A stretch of DNA of 64,000 nucleotides from Octopus sinensis. Its lineage: Eukaryota. Location of the stretch: NCBI RefSeq assembly GCF_006345805.1, contig NC_043011.1, forward strand, positions 51,162,464-51,226,463, read 5' to 3'. Below, one piece after another: positions 39,865 to 53,789 of this stretch (position 1 is the stretch's first letter; each line of letters opens with the position of its first letter). The position numbers and the translations under genes are program-made. Below the pieces are notes generated by a model, which was not told where the DNA came from, made no database searches, and saw nothing but the letters and a program-made list of their open reading frames with translations.

Positions 39865-41690
39865 GTGGTAAGACAGCTGCAGGAGAAATACCTAGCCAAA
39901 GATAAGCCCCTGTACCTGGCTTTCATTGACATGGAGAAAGCCTTTGACAGGGTCCCCCGATCCCTTATCTGGTGGTCAATGAGGAAACTAGGGATAGATG
40001 AATGGTTAGTGAAAGCTGTGCAAGCCATGTACAGGGATTCTATCTGCAAGGTGAGGGTTGGCAACGAGTACACTGAAGAATTTAGGGTAGATGTAGGGGT
40101 CCACCAAAGTTCAGTCCTCAGCTCCCTTGTATTTAACATAGTCGGCCAGGCAATAATGGAGGAATTCAAGATAGGATCCCCCTGGGAGCTCCTCTATGCT
40201 GATGACTTTGCTCTAATTGCTGAGTCACTATCAGAACTAGAGGAGAAGTTTCAAGTGTGGAAACAAGGATTAGAATTGAAGGGCCTTAGAATCAACCTAG
40301 CTAAAACTAAAGTCCTAATAAGTAGGAAGGCAGGCAAACCACAAATCCCTTCAGGTAGATGGCCCTGCTCAATCTGTAGTAGAGGCGTAGGTAGAAACTC
40401 TATAAGATGTACCCAGTGTAAGCTATGGACACATAAGAGGTGCAGTAATATCAAAGGAAGACTTACTGGGAAGATAGTTTTTGTATGTGGTAGATGCTCG
40501 GGAGCAATAAACACTGAAAATGTGCAGAGAACAACTTCCGCCACATTCCAGGGAGAAAAACTAGAAATAGTTGAAAGCTTCCGTTACATAGGTGACCAAG
40601 TCAGTAGCGGGGAGGGTGCGCTGAAAGTGTAGCTGCTAGAATAAGAATAGCTTGGGCAAAGTTCAGAGAGCTCTTACCTCTGCTGGTGATAAAGGGCCTC
40701 TTGCTCAGAGTAAAAAGTAGACTGTATGACGCATGTGTGCGAACAGCCATGCTACATGGCAGTGAAGCATGGGCTGTGACTGCTGAGGACATGCGTAAGC
40801 TCACAAGGAATGAAGCCAGTATGATCTGATGGATGTGTAATGTCAGTGCGCATACTTGACAGAGGGTAAGTACCTTGAGAGAAAAGTTGGACCTAAGAAG
40901 CATCAGATGTGGTGTGCAAGAGAGACAACTGCACTGGTATGGCCATGTGGTGAGAATGGATGAGGATAGCTGTGTGAAAAAGAGCCACACCCTAGTGGTT
41001 GAGGGAACCTGTGGAAGAGGTAGATCCAGGAAGACCTGGGATGAAGTGGTGAAGCACGATCTTCGAACATTAGGCCTCACCGAGGCAATGACTAGTGACC
41101 AAGACTTTTGGAAATATGCTGTGCTTGAGAAGACCCGGCAAGCCAAATGAGACCATAACCCGTGGCCTATGCCAGGAGCGTAACCAGCCCACTAATGCGT
41201 ACCTTTTCCTTTTTTGGACACTAAACTCTGCTTGCGAAGACCTGTTGAGGCAAGTGAAATCAAAATCAAATTTGATGACTGGCATCCATGCTAGCGGGGT
41301 GCAAAGAGCACTATACGAATGGGATCGTTGACAGAGTGGCTAACCGACTTCTGTGCCAGTGGCATATAAAAGGCACCGTTCGAGTGATCATTTCCAGCGT
41401 CACCTTACTGGCACTTGTGCCCATGTTAGTAGGGTGCCAAGAGCACCATCTGAGCGTGATCGTTGCCAGAGTGGCTAACTGGCTTCTATGCCGGTGGCAT
41501 GTAAAAAGAACCCACTACACTCTCGGAGTGGTTAGTGTTAGGAAGGGCATCCAGCTGTAGAACCTCTGCCAGATCAAGACTGGAGTCTGGTGCAGCCATC
41601 TGGTTCACCAGCCCTCAGTCAAAATCGTCCAACCCATGCTAGCATGGAAAGCGGACGTTAAACGATGATGATGATGATGATGATATATAT
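39865..41690 (+). mobile_element. 5'-truncated RTE-clade LINE (RT, Cys-rich insert, C-terminus, tandem-repeat 3' UTR, (GAT)n tail)
   Basis: ORF 39754..40632: AFIDMEKAFDRVP, GVHQSSVLS, LLYADD, FRYIGD. ORF 40875..41150: QLHWYGHVVRM. Confidence 0.9.
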
Positions 41691-41903
41691 ATATATATAT
41701 ATATAGTTACTCCAAACATGAACATAGAGAAAATACAACAACGCAAGGATGTGGAACAAGTATAGTGTTATTGGACGCTCAGGAAAAGAAAGAAAGAAGG
41801 AGGATTTAACGTTTCGAGCGGAGCTCTTTGTCAGAAATATAGAAAAAGGAAAGGTCCAAGGAAGGGCAAGAAAATCGCCAACGATACACACCCGGTTACA
41901 TTT

Positions 41904-42004
<101 letters not shown>

Positions 42005-42231
42005 TTGCCAAATTTTTCCAGAGAATTTAAAGGGAAAATTTATTAGCACCCAAATTTCCAAGTTTTTGCATAGATAAAAAGTGTTATTATTTCATGTGTT
42101 GTAATAACAACAATTTTTGCAATTGTTAGGTTACTGATCTGTAGAAGACATCATTATGGACAAAAATGATTTTCTTTTTTTTTACAACTTTTGTGGCACT
42201 TTCTTTGTTGTTCACACCCCTCCCCATTAAA

Positions 42232-42293
<62 letters not shown>

Positions 42294-42525
42294 GAATGGT
42301 CATATTGCCAGTTTAGCCAATAAAAACACACGCACTATATATTTGGTGTTATTTTGCTTCAGTGTTATTTATTTTTTACATTAATCTTAATCTTATTTCG
42401 GCCAGAGTTCTTTCGTCACACTCCTGTGACCGCGTCAGTGCTCCTTTGTTTTCTTCTTTCTTATTTGTGTCTCTCCTTACTAACCGTCAGCCATTTTGTA
42501 CAACAAATATTTAAACGTACTATAT

Positions 42526-42591
<66 letters not shown>

Positions 42592-43226
42592 ATAATGAAC
42601 TTATTGTATACAGTGCTCAGGTGCATTACAACTCATCAGGAAACGTAACCTACACAAACAGTACATAGAATATATACTGTTCATATACTGCTGATATTCT
42701 ATTGATTTCTGTTTTGTTTTTTACCAAGTTCTTGATAAAAACGTTTTCTGTTGGAGTCAAACTGTTTGTTTTGCATGAAGAATCACTGTCCCTTTTCATA
42801 AAAACAGATTCTTTGAGATTTAACGACGATCTTTTCTGCAACGTGCTCTTTGATATTGTTTGCTTCTTATTTCTTTTAAACTGCATTTCTATAGTATTTG
42901 TCTGCATTCCTGATTCACTATATCTGTTTTTTCTTTCTACTTTATTTTTCTTTCTACATTATGGATCTTGTGGTATTTTTTATTTCTAAGTCTCTTTGCA
43001 TGTATGTGTCAAATAATATACGCTGGGGTTTATTGTAGAATCATTAGCACAAAAGAAAAAAATACTTCATTGTATTTTTTCTGACTCTTTATGTTCTGAG
43101 TTCAAATCCTGCTAAAGCCAACTGTATGGAGGCCTTGTGCTAATAATAGAAAGGATTGTTATCATCATCATCATCATTATTATTATTATTATTGCATAAA
43201 CGTATTTCTTTTCTTCATTTATGCAG

Positions 43227-43243
43227 GTCATCTTCATCAACAG
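43227..43243 (+). CDS. 17-nt chitinase micro-exon (G-SSSST-G junction)
   Basis: tatttcttttcttcatttatgcAG|GTCATCTTCATCAACAG|GTGAGA. Phase 2 in and phase 1 out, which bridges exon 28386-28510 to the linker exons. Confidence 0.8.
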
Positions 43244-43493
43244 GTGAGAGCTAACATCCTTTTAAAATCATCATCTCCATCATCATCATCATCACCATTG
43301 TTGATATCATCATCATGATCATCGCCACTGCCACTGTCACCACCACCACCATCATGATGCACCTTCTCCTCCTCTACATCCTCTCCACACCATGACACAG
43401 TTGAGGTTTGTATTGGGGTTGCAACAGAATGGAATACGGTATTTATGCTGTTGAAGAATTTATGTCAAGAACGAACAGCATAATGTCACAGTC

Positions 43494-43575
<82 letters not shown>

Positions 43576-44110
43576 ATGTATGTATGTATGTATGTATGTA
43601 TGTATGTATGTATGTATAGGTGCATGTCTAGAAGTGTGGTTAAAAAGCTTCATCTCAGGCTCAGTCCCACTGTGCTGCACCTTGGGCAAGTGTCTTTTAC
43701 TATGGACTTGGCCTTGGGCTTACCAAAGCCTTGTGAGTGGATTTGGTCAACATAAACTGCAAAAAAGACCGTTGTCTTTCTTTTTCTCTCTCTCAATGTC
43801 ATACACACACACACACGTGTGTGTGTGTGTGTAATAGGGATTCCAAGAGTCAAACAGAGCTCACATTAAGCTCTTTGGGTAACAAGAATGACTATGGTTA
43901 AGGTTGGGATAAGCCTTAGCATCATTCTGAAAATAGAGGAATTACAATGGTGGAGAGTATGTATATGAATAAGTGAAAGAATAAATGGTTATTCCATTCA
44001 TTTACAGCTAATTCATAATCTCGTTAGTTATTTGATAAATATTACATCAAGATTAACACATATATGAAATATACTTATAAATATATATGTACATCAATAT
44101 ATATATATAT

Positions 44111-44195
44111 ATTACATTTTATAAAGGGCTTAGTAAAATAAATTACTTTGCCACATACTGAACTTTATTTTACTAAGCCCTTTATAAAATGTAAT
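44111..44195. repeat. Perfect 32-bp inverted repeat with 21-nt spacer
   Basis: 44111-44142 is the exact reverse complement of 44164-44195. Confidence 0.85.
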
Positions 44196-44287
44196 ATTTT
44201 GAATTCGCCTTAAATGGTCCCTTTACATACTGAATACTTGGTGAAATTGATTAATAATTAATTAATTTTACCCTCAATTGTTGAAAT

Positions 44288-44357
<70 letters not shown>

Positions 44358-44375
44358 ATATAATATATATATATA

Positions 44376-45021
<646 letters not shown>

Positions 45022-45027
<6 letters not shown>

Positions 45028-45242
45028 AAGTATAATAGCCATCTCAATATGGCTAACCACAAAGTGGGGTGTTAGTGTAGCTTTTTAGCCCCAGGAGATC
45101 ATTGTCTCTTTTGCAAATACCATAAGGGCACAGATAGTGTGCCTAAAGCCAGCTGGAGACGATGATCTCCTGGGGCTAAAAAGCTACAGTAACACCCCAC
45201 TTTGTGGTTAGCCATATTGAGATGGCTATTATACTTTACATA
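45022..45242. mobile_element. Foldback MITE with 87-bp arms
   Basis: 45022-45108 vs reverse complement of 45156-45242: 85/87 identical; 47-nt loop. Confidence 0.85.
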
Positions 45243-46001
45243 GTCGAGTGATTACTGTTTACATCTCGTTCTGAGATTTAATAATGCTATATATAGTTTT
45301 CCAATAAGTTTTCACCAGTCAAAAAATACATTTCAATCACTCATGCCCAATGATTGACAATTTACATTTCTGCACTTGAAAGGTTCTTCAGCATGAAACT
45401 GTTTTGTAACATGAATTGGCTGTTATGAGACTTAATTATCTATCTATCTATCTGTCTGTCTGTCTATACATGTGTGTGTGTGTGTGTGTGTGTGTGCATA
45501 TGTATATATATATTCCAGATAGGGTTAAAATCCAAAGTGTGTTCTCTTGCAGCTCATCTGCTTATTCTGTTACTCATATTTGCTTGAGGTGAGGTATGCA
45601 TGGAGTATATTTTTTTGCAGTTGACGTTGCCGACGCCCGCCTAAGGTCGGCCGGAGAAACGCCGGCGGCACGGCCAAGACGGACGACGCGCGAGCGCGCC
45701 GCCGCCTCGACCGCACGCCGAGTACCCCGACGCGACTGGGGGCGCAGCGGTTCGGCAAAAGAGACCGATAGAATAAGTACTGGGCTTACAAAAGAATAAG
45801 TCCCGGGGTCGAGTTGCTCGACTAAAGGCGGTGCTCCAGCATGGCCGCAGTCAAATGACTGAAACAAGTAAAAGTAAAAGTAAAAGTAAAAGTAAAAGTA
45901 TATCAAAACAAGAGATTGGAAAATAGTTTTGCTATTAATTATTCACATATTTCATTTGCTAATAGGAGTAACAAGAGAATACATGCAGGAGAAACATGTA
46001 C

Positions 46002-46053
<52 letters not shown>

Positions 46054-46361
46054 ACACAAACACAGACACACACAGACACAGACACACACAGACACACACA
46101 CACACACACACACACAGACACACACAGACACAGACACACGCACACACACACACACACAGACACAGACACACACACACACACACACACACACACTCAAGAA
46201 CAATGCTCAATGCACAAAAGCATACATTATAAATATAAAAACATAAATTATAAAGATTTCTTTTATTCAAATAAAAATTTAGAAATTTAGAAATTCCTAT
46301 GGAGTTGCCGTGTTGTGTCCTTCATGGGGAGAAAATTAACTTGATATACATTTCATTTCAG

Positions 46362-46424
46362 GTGCGCCGGATGTCGTAACCTCTGAACCTCCAGCTCAGA
46401 CACAGACACCAACACCAGGAGACG
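46362..46424 (+). CDS. Linker exon L1 (GAPDVVTSEPPAQTQTPTPGD)
   Basis: tttcatttcAG acceptor, G|GTAAGA donor, 63 nt, phase 1/1, Pro/Thr-rich. Confidence 0.88.
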
Positions 46425-47141
46425 GTAAGACTGGAACTTGCAGATCTTTTATGAACGACATTGTTTTAATTCATGTATTCATTTAGTTTATATTGCAATT
46501 TATTGTTTCCAGTTTAGGTATAAGGCTAGCACTTTAGACACAAACGAACTAGTTAATTACATTGGCCCTATTACTAAACTGTGTTTTATTTTATTGACCC
46601 TGGTGTCGGAGGGAAAACAAAGTTGACCTTAGTTTTTGCACTGACATCTGATGACTCTCATCTGACCTTTAGTCTAGATACTCCCACTTACCCATATATA
46701 AATGCAGGGCAGCTGTGTATCTTGTCTACGACAAGACACCTGCTTCTCCCTGGCATAAAAATCTCATCTCCTCCTTCTCAAACATCACCACCACTCAGTC
46801 AAGAAGGCCTTTCGCTTCTCTCCTGTTTTTCTATCTTTTTTTGTCCTTTCCTGTCTTTCAAGTTACTGGGTAACCCCACTAGTGCTGGTGGAATGAAAAC
46901 AAACATCAGGTGTACACGGTAAAGTGGTTGATATTATGAAGGGTATCCGGTTGTAAAAATCATGCTAAAGCTGACATAGAATGCGATGCAATTCTGTGGC
47001 TCACTGGATCCGACCAAACCACCCAACTCATATCTCTGTTAGTGATATATGTACATACATACATACGTATGTACATATATACATATGTGTGTACACTCAC
47101 ACACTCACATATACACATGTATTCTTTCTTTCACTATTTAG

Positions 47142-47323
47142 GGGCGTCGTCTAGTACCAGTTGTGTGGGTAAGGCACCAGGAAGCTATGCAATCCCAGGA
47201 GACTGCAAAAACTATATGGTATGCTCCAATGGAAATAAACAAATACTTCCCTGTCCTCCTGGAACGTCTTTCAGCACAGCCATTAAAAACTGTGACTTCT
47301 CTACAGAAGTGCCCGGATGTTGA
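47142..47323 (+). CDS. Terminal exon C1: CBM14 / peritrophin-A chitin-binding domain
   Basis: tttAG acceptor, phase 1. CVGKAPGSYAIPGDCKNYMVCSNGNKQILPCPPGTSFSTAIKNCDFSTEVPGC* has six Cys in CBM14 spacing. The path from exon 11669 through L1 is 1364 nt + 1 = 455 codons including the stop. Confidence 0.93.
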
Positions 47324-47388
47324 AGTTTCTTTGCTATTAAGATACTAAATGAAAAGAAAAAAATTACCGAAACTGAATTTAATTGAAA

Positions 47389-47414
47389 AATAAAGAAAAT
47401 TGCTAAGAAATAAA
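47389..47414 (+). terminator. Poly(A) signals for C1
   Basis: AATAAA at 47389 and 47409 followed by a T/GT-rich tract. Confidence 0.65.
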
Positions 47415-47575
47415 ATGTCTTTTTTTTTGTTGTTTTTCAATCTTTATTATTTATTTATTTATTTTGTGAAAGGACCATTTTAAATATTCCAGTATGGTTC
47501 AAGCAAGACTCATGATAGTGTACTCTTCGGTTCTATAAGATCTTGCTGCTGTTGTGACACCACTTCTGAAATATT

Positions 47576-47792
47576 GATTTCAAATTTAGGCACAAGGTCA
47601 GCAATTTTGGAAGAGGGGGTATGTTGATTATATCAACCCTCAAAACCCAACTGGTGCTTCTTTATTGACCCCCACAAAAGGATGAAAAGCAAAGTCGACT
47701 TCAGCGGAATTTGAACTCAGAGTGTGAAGAAGAATGAAATGCCACTAAGAATTTTGCCCAACATGCTAATAATTCTGCCAGCTTGCCACCTT
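47576..47792 (-). mobile_element. SINE with 16-bp target-site duplication CCACTTCTGAAATATT
   Basis: TSD at 47560-47575 and 47793-47808; also present after C2 and C4, absent after C3. Confidence 0.8.
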
Positions 47793-48767
47793 CCACTTCT
47801 GAAATATTAATTTATAATATGGGCATATGGCCACATATTTGATATATATTACCTTTTCTACCACTACTACAACAGTCTCTGTTCTTTACCTCTAGCTTCT
47901 TCCTCCACCTCCATCTCCTCTCTCTATCTTTTCCCTCTTACAGTTTGACCACTTCTACGATAGTCACTGTTTCTCACATCTACTCAATTTACACACCACC
48001 TCCATTTCATCTCTCTCTGTCTCCTCACTCCTACTATTTGTGTCACTACTAGAACAGTCTCCATTGCTCACATCTACCCAGTTAGATACCACCTCCATCT
48101 CATACCTCTTTCCTTTCACTGTTATATTTTCTACCCTTCTACAATGGTTGCTGTTGCTCAAATCTACCTTTTTACATACCACCTCCACCTCATCCCTCTG
48201 TATCCTTTTCTAAACATTTTGGTCAGTTCTGCTCTAGGGCTATAGCCCTTCTGAAATTCTCTCTCATGCCAAATTCTGCTAATATCTCAGTGAAGTAGAA
48301 GAGTTGTTTGAGCATCAAATAAAATGCTTTGTAACATTCATTCCAGCATCTTACACTTTGTGTTTGAACCCCACCAAGATCAGGCATGGCCTTAATTTTT
48401 CCAGAGTCGATAAACATAATATCAGTTTAAGGCAGTGAACTGGTAAAAGAAATGTCAGAATGGGACTTGGTGTGTAGTTGTGTCTTGTGATATTTGTTCA
48501 GACCTGCTCTGAGTTCAAATTGCTTGTTGGTCTACCTTGGCAGTAGACTAAATCTATCATACGACTGTACAATCTATGGTATTGGTATATAAACATCATA
48601 TATATATATAGTATTCCAATAGGTTTTCACCAGTCAAAAAATACATTTCAATCAATCATGCCCAATGATTGACAATTTACATTTCTGCAGTTGAAAGGTT
48701 CTTCAGCATAAAACTGTTTTGTAACATGAATTGGCTGTTATGAGACTTAATTATCTCTCTCTCTATA

Positions 48768-48904
<137 letters not shown>

Positions 48905-48917
48905 GTCTGTCTGTCTA

Positions 48918-48966
<49 letters not shown>

Positions 48967-49234
48967 ATATGTATATATATATTGCAGATAAGGTTATAAT
49001 CCAAAGTGTGTTCTCTTGAAGCTCATCTGCTTATTCAGTTGCTCATATTTGTTTGAGGTGGGGTATGCATGGAGTATATTTTATTGCAGAATAATTACAT
49101 ATCAAAACAAGAGATTGGAAAAGAGTTTTGGTATTAATTATTCACATATTTCATTTGCTAATAGGAGTTACAAGATTATACATGCAGGAGAAACATGTAC
49201 ACACACACACACACACCCTCAAACACACACACAG

Positions 49235-49266
<32 letters not shown>

Positions 49267-49303
49267 GAACAATGCTCAATGCACAAAAGCATACATTATA
49301 AAT

Positions 49304-49582
49304 CATCATCATCATTGTTTAACATCCGCTTTCCATGCTAGCATGGGTTGGACGGTTCAACTGGGGTCTGGGAAGCCAGTCAGATCTGGCAGTGTTTCTA
49401 CAGCTGGATGCCCTTCCTAAAGCCAACCACTCCGTGAGTGTAGTGGGTGCTTTTTATGTACCACTGACACAGGTGCCAGACGAGGCTGGCGAACGGTCAC
49501 GCTCAGATGGTGTTTTTTTGTGCCCGCGACACAGGTGCCAGACGAGGCTGGCGAACGGTCACGCTCGGGTGGTGTTTTTTAC
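49304..49582 (-). mobile_element. RTE 3' tail inserted only in the second repeat unit
   Basis: Reverse complement of the RTE tail seen at 26400-26700; it interrupts CATTATAAATATAAAAAC, which is intact in the other units. Confidence 0.8.
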
Positions 49583-49715
49583 ATATAAATATAAAAACAT
49601 AAATTATAAAGTTTCTTTTGTTCCAAAAAAAATTATAAATTTAACGATTCCTTTAGAGTTTCCGTGTTGTGTCCTTCATGGGGAGAAAATTAACTTGATA
49701 TACTTTTCATTTCAG

Positions 49716-49778
49716 GTGTGCCGGATGTCGTAACCTCTGAACCTCCAGCTCAGACACAGACACCAACACCAGGAGACG
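49716..49778 (+). CDS. Linker exon L2 (GVPDVVTSEPPAQTQTPTPGD)
   Basis: Same splice sites as L1; one Ala-to-Val change. Confidence 0.8.
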
Positions 49779-50493
49779 GTAAGACTGGAACTTGCAGATC
49801 TTTTATGAACGACATTGTTTTAATTCATGTATTCATTTAGTTTATATTGCAATTTATTGTTTCCAGTTTAGGTATAAGGCTAACACTTTAGACACAAACG
49901 AACTAGTTAATTACATTGGCCCTAATAGTAAACTGTGTTTTATTTTATTGACCCTTGTGTGGGAGGGAAAAGAAAGTTGACCTCAGTTTTTGCCCTGGCA
50001 TCTGATCACTCTCTCCTGACCTTTAGTCTAGATACTCCCACATATCCATATATAAATGCAGGGCAGCTGTGTATCTTGTCTACGACAAGACACCTGCTTC
50101 TCCCTGGCATAAAAATCTCATCTCCTCCTTCTCAAACATCACCACCACTCAGTCAAGAAGGCCTTTCGCTTCTCTCCTGTTTTTCTATCTTTTTTTGTCC
50201 TTTCCTGTCTTTCAAGTTACTGGGTAACCCCACTAGTGCTGGTGGAATGAAAACAAACATCAGGTGTACACGGTAAAGTGGTTGATATTATGAAGGGTAT
50301 CCGGTTGTAAAAATCATGCTAAAGCTGACATAGAATGCGATGCAATTCTGTGGCTCACTGGATCCGACCAAACCACCCAACTCATATCTCTGTTAGTGAT
50401 ATATGTACATACATACGTATGTATATATATATACATATGTGTGTACACTCACACACTCACATATACACATGTATTCTTTCTTTCACTATTTAG

Positions 50494-50675
50494 GGGCGTC
50501 GTCTAGTACCAGTTGTGTGGGTAAGGCACCAGGAAGCTATGCAATCCCAGGAGACTGCAAAAACTATATGGTATGCTCCAATGGAAATAAACAAATACTT
50601 CCCTGTCCTCCTGGAACGTCTTTCAGCACAGCCATTAAAGACTGTGACTTCTCTACAGAAGTGCCCGGATGTTGA
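50494..50675 (+). CDS. Terminal exon C2: CBM14
   Basis: Intact acceptor, six Cys, TGA. Differs from C1 by one nt (AAC>GAC, N>D). AATAAA at 50741 and 50761. Confidence 0.82.
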
Positions 50676-51944
50676 AGTTTCTTTGCTATTAAGATACTAA
50701 ATGAAAAGAAAAAAATTACCGAAACTGAATTTAATTGAAAAATAAAGAAAATTGCTAAGAAATAAAATGTCTTTTTTTTTGTTGTTTTTCAATCTTTATT
50801 ATTTATTTATTTATTTTGTGAAAGGACCTTTTAAATATTCCAGTATGGTTCAAGCAAGACTCATGATAGTGTACTCTTCGGTTCTATAAGATCTTGCTGC
50901 TGTTGTGACACCACTTCTGAAATATTGATTTCAAATTTAGGCACAAGGTCAGCAATTTTGGAAGAGGGGGTATGTTGATTATATCAACCCTCAAAACCCA
51001 ACTGGTGCTTCTTTATTGACCCCCCACAAAAGGATGAAAAGCAAAGTCGACTTCAGCGGAATTTGAACTCAGAGTGTGAAGAAGAATGAAATGCCACTAA
51101 GAATTTTGCCCAACATGCTAATAATTCTGCCAGCTTGCCACCTTCCACTTCTGAAATATTAATTTATAATATGGGCATATGGCCACATATTTGATATATA
51201 TTACCTTTTCTACCACTACTACAACAGTCTCTGTTCTTTACCTCTAGCTTCTTCCTCCACCTCCATCTCCTCTCTCTATCTTTTCCCTCTTACAGTTTGA
51301 CCACTTCTACGATAGTCACTGTTTCTCACATCTACTCAATTTACACACCACCTCCATTTCATCTCTCTCTGTCTCCTCACTCCTACTATTTGTGTTACTA
51401 CTAGAACAGTCTCCATTGCTCACATCTACCCAGTTAGATACCACCTCCATCTCATACCTCTTTCCTTTCACTGTTATATTTTCTACCCTTCTACAATGGT
51501 TGCTGTTGCTCAAAGCTACCTTTTTACATACCACCTCCACCTCATCCCTCTGTATCCTTTTCTAAACATTTTGGTCAGTTCTGCTCTAGGGCTATAGCCC
51601 TTCTGAAATTCTCTCTCATGCCAATTCTGCTAATATCTCAGTGAAGTAGAAGAGTTGTTTGAGCATCAAATAAAATGCTTTGTAACATTCATTCCAGCAT
51701 CTTACACTTTGTGTTTGAACCCCACCAAGATCAGGCATGGCCTTAATTTTTCCAGAGTCGATAAACATAATATCAGTTTAAGGCAGTGAACTGGTAAAAG
51801 AAATGTCAGAATGGGACTTGGTGTGTAGTTGTGTCTTGTGATATTTGTTCAAACCTGCTCTGAGTTCAAATTGCTTGTTGGTCTACCTTGGCAGTAGACT
51901 AAATCTATCATAAAACTGTACAATCTATGGTATTGGTATTTAAA

Positions 51945-52030
<86 letters not shown>

Positions 52031-52036
52031 CATATA

Positions 52037-52073
<37 letters not shown>

Positions 52074-52170
52074 TTTCCAATATGTTTTCACCATTCAAAA
52101 GATACCTTTCCATCAATCATGCCCAATGATTGACAATTAACATTTCTGCAATTGGCAGTTATGAGACTTA

Positions 52171-52345
<175 letters not shown>

Positions 52346-52661
52346 GTCTGTCTGTCTGTCTATACATGTGTGTGTGTGCATATGTATATATATATATATA
52401 TATATGTGTATATAAATATATATATTGCAGATAAGGTTATAATCCAAAGTGTGTTCTCTTGAAGCACATCTGCTTATTCTGGTACTCATATTTGTTTGAG
52501 GTGAGGTATGCATGGAGTATATTTTATTGCAGAATAATTACATATCAAAACAAGAGATTGGAAAATAGTTTTGGTATTAATTATTCACATATTTCATTTG
52601 CTAATAGGAGTAACAAGAGAATACATGCAGGAGAAACATGTACACACACACACACACACAC

Positions 52662-52733
<72 letters not shown>

Positions 52734-52892
52734 AAGACCAATGCTCAATGCACAAAAGCATACATTATAAATATAAAAACATAAATTATAAAGTTTCTTG
52801 TATTCAAATAAAGATTATAAATTTAACGATTAGAGTTGCTGTGTTGTGTCCTTCATGCGGAGAAAATTAACTTGATATACTTTTCATTTCAG

Positions 52893-52955
52893 GTGCGCCG
52901 GATGTCGTAACCCCTGAACCTCCAGCTCAGACACAGTCACCGACACCAGGAGACG
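52893..52955 (+). CDS. Linker exon L3 (GAPDVVTPEPPAQTQSPTPGD)
   Basis: tttcatttcAG...G|GTAAGA, 63 nt, open frame. Confidence 0.8.
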
Positions 52956-53789
52956 GTAAGACATATACATATAATTTGCTGGCTTGAAAATGCTTTGTGT
53001 ACAGACATGCACTCATACACACATATGCATGAACCCGTACATGCATACATGCACACACACACACACATGCACACAGTTGACTACTTACTGTAGGCACTAA
53101 TGTATGTATGTATGTATGTTTATGTGTGTGTGTCTGTGTGTATGTGTGTCTATGTGTGCCTGTGCATGGACATGTGTGCGTGTATATATTTGTCTTTGTG
53201 AGTTATGTTTCCTTTGCAAATTTCAAGCCAGTCACTTATAGAAGGCAAGGCTCTTTTGTTTAAGTCAAGACAGCTTTTGGAGATTTTATTTACCTGAACT
53301 GGTTGATATATACATATATCTGTATGTTTATGTATGTGTATATATTGTGCGTATGCGTGTGTACAGATATTAAACGGTCATGCATCTCACATTAGCATGC
53401 AGATGGGCATGTTTTGTAACTGCTTATATGTCTGCATCCATTTGTATTTGATAAATATATGAGATTGTGAGCATATGCATGCATGAAATTGTATGTGTGT
53501 GTGTATATATATATATATAAAAACCAGCTTAGAGAAGAAGAAGAAACGAAACGAAACCAAACGAATCGAATCGAATCAACGCGAAGGCGTTCACTCATAC
53601 AATAGTGTAATAAATAAAATATATGCATACATACAAACATATATGTGCGTACCTACATCTACATGTATATATACATGCCTATATAAATATATATATATGT
53701 GTGTACAGGACACCACAAATAGACGTACACACACACACACACACACATATATGTATAATGTATTTATTTACATGCAAATTTATATACGT

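Noticed and set aside
47163-47348. Overlapping ORF MWVRHQEAM... (also 50515..50700)
   Set aside because: An alternative frame of the CBM14 exon; not an ORF of comparable length over C3 or C4.
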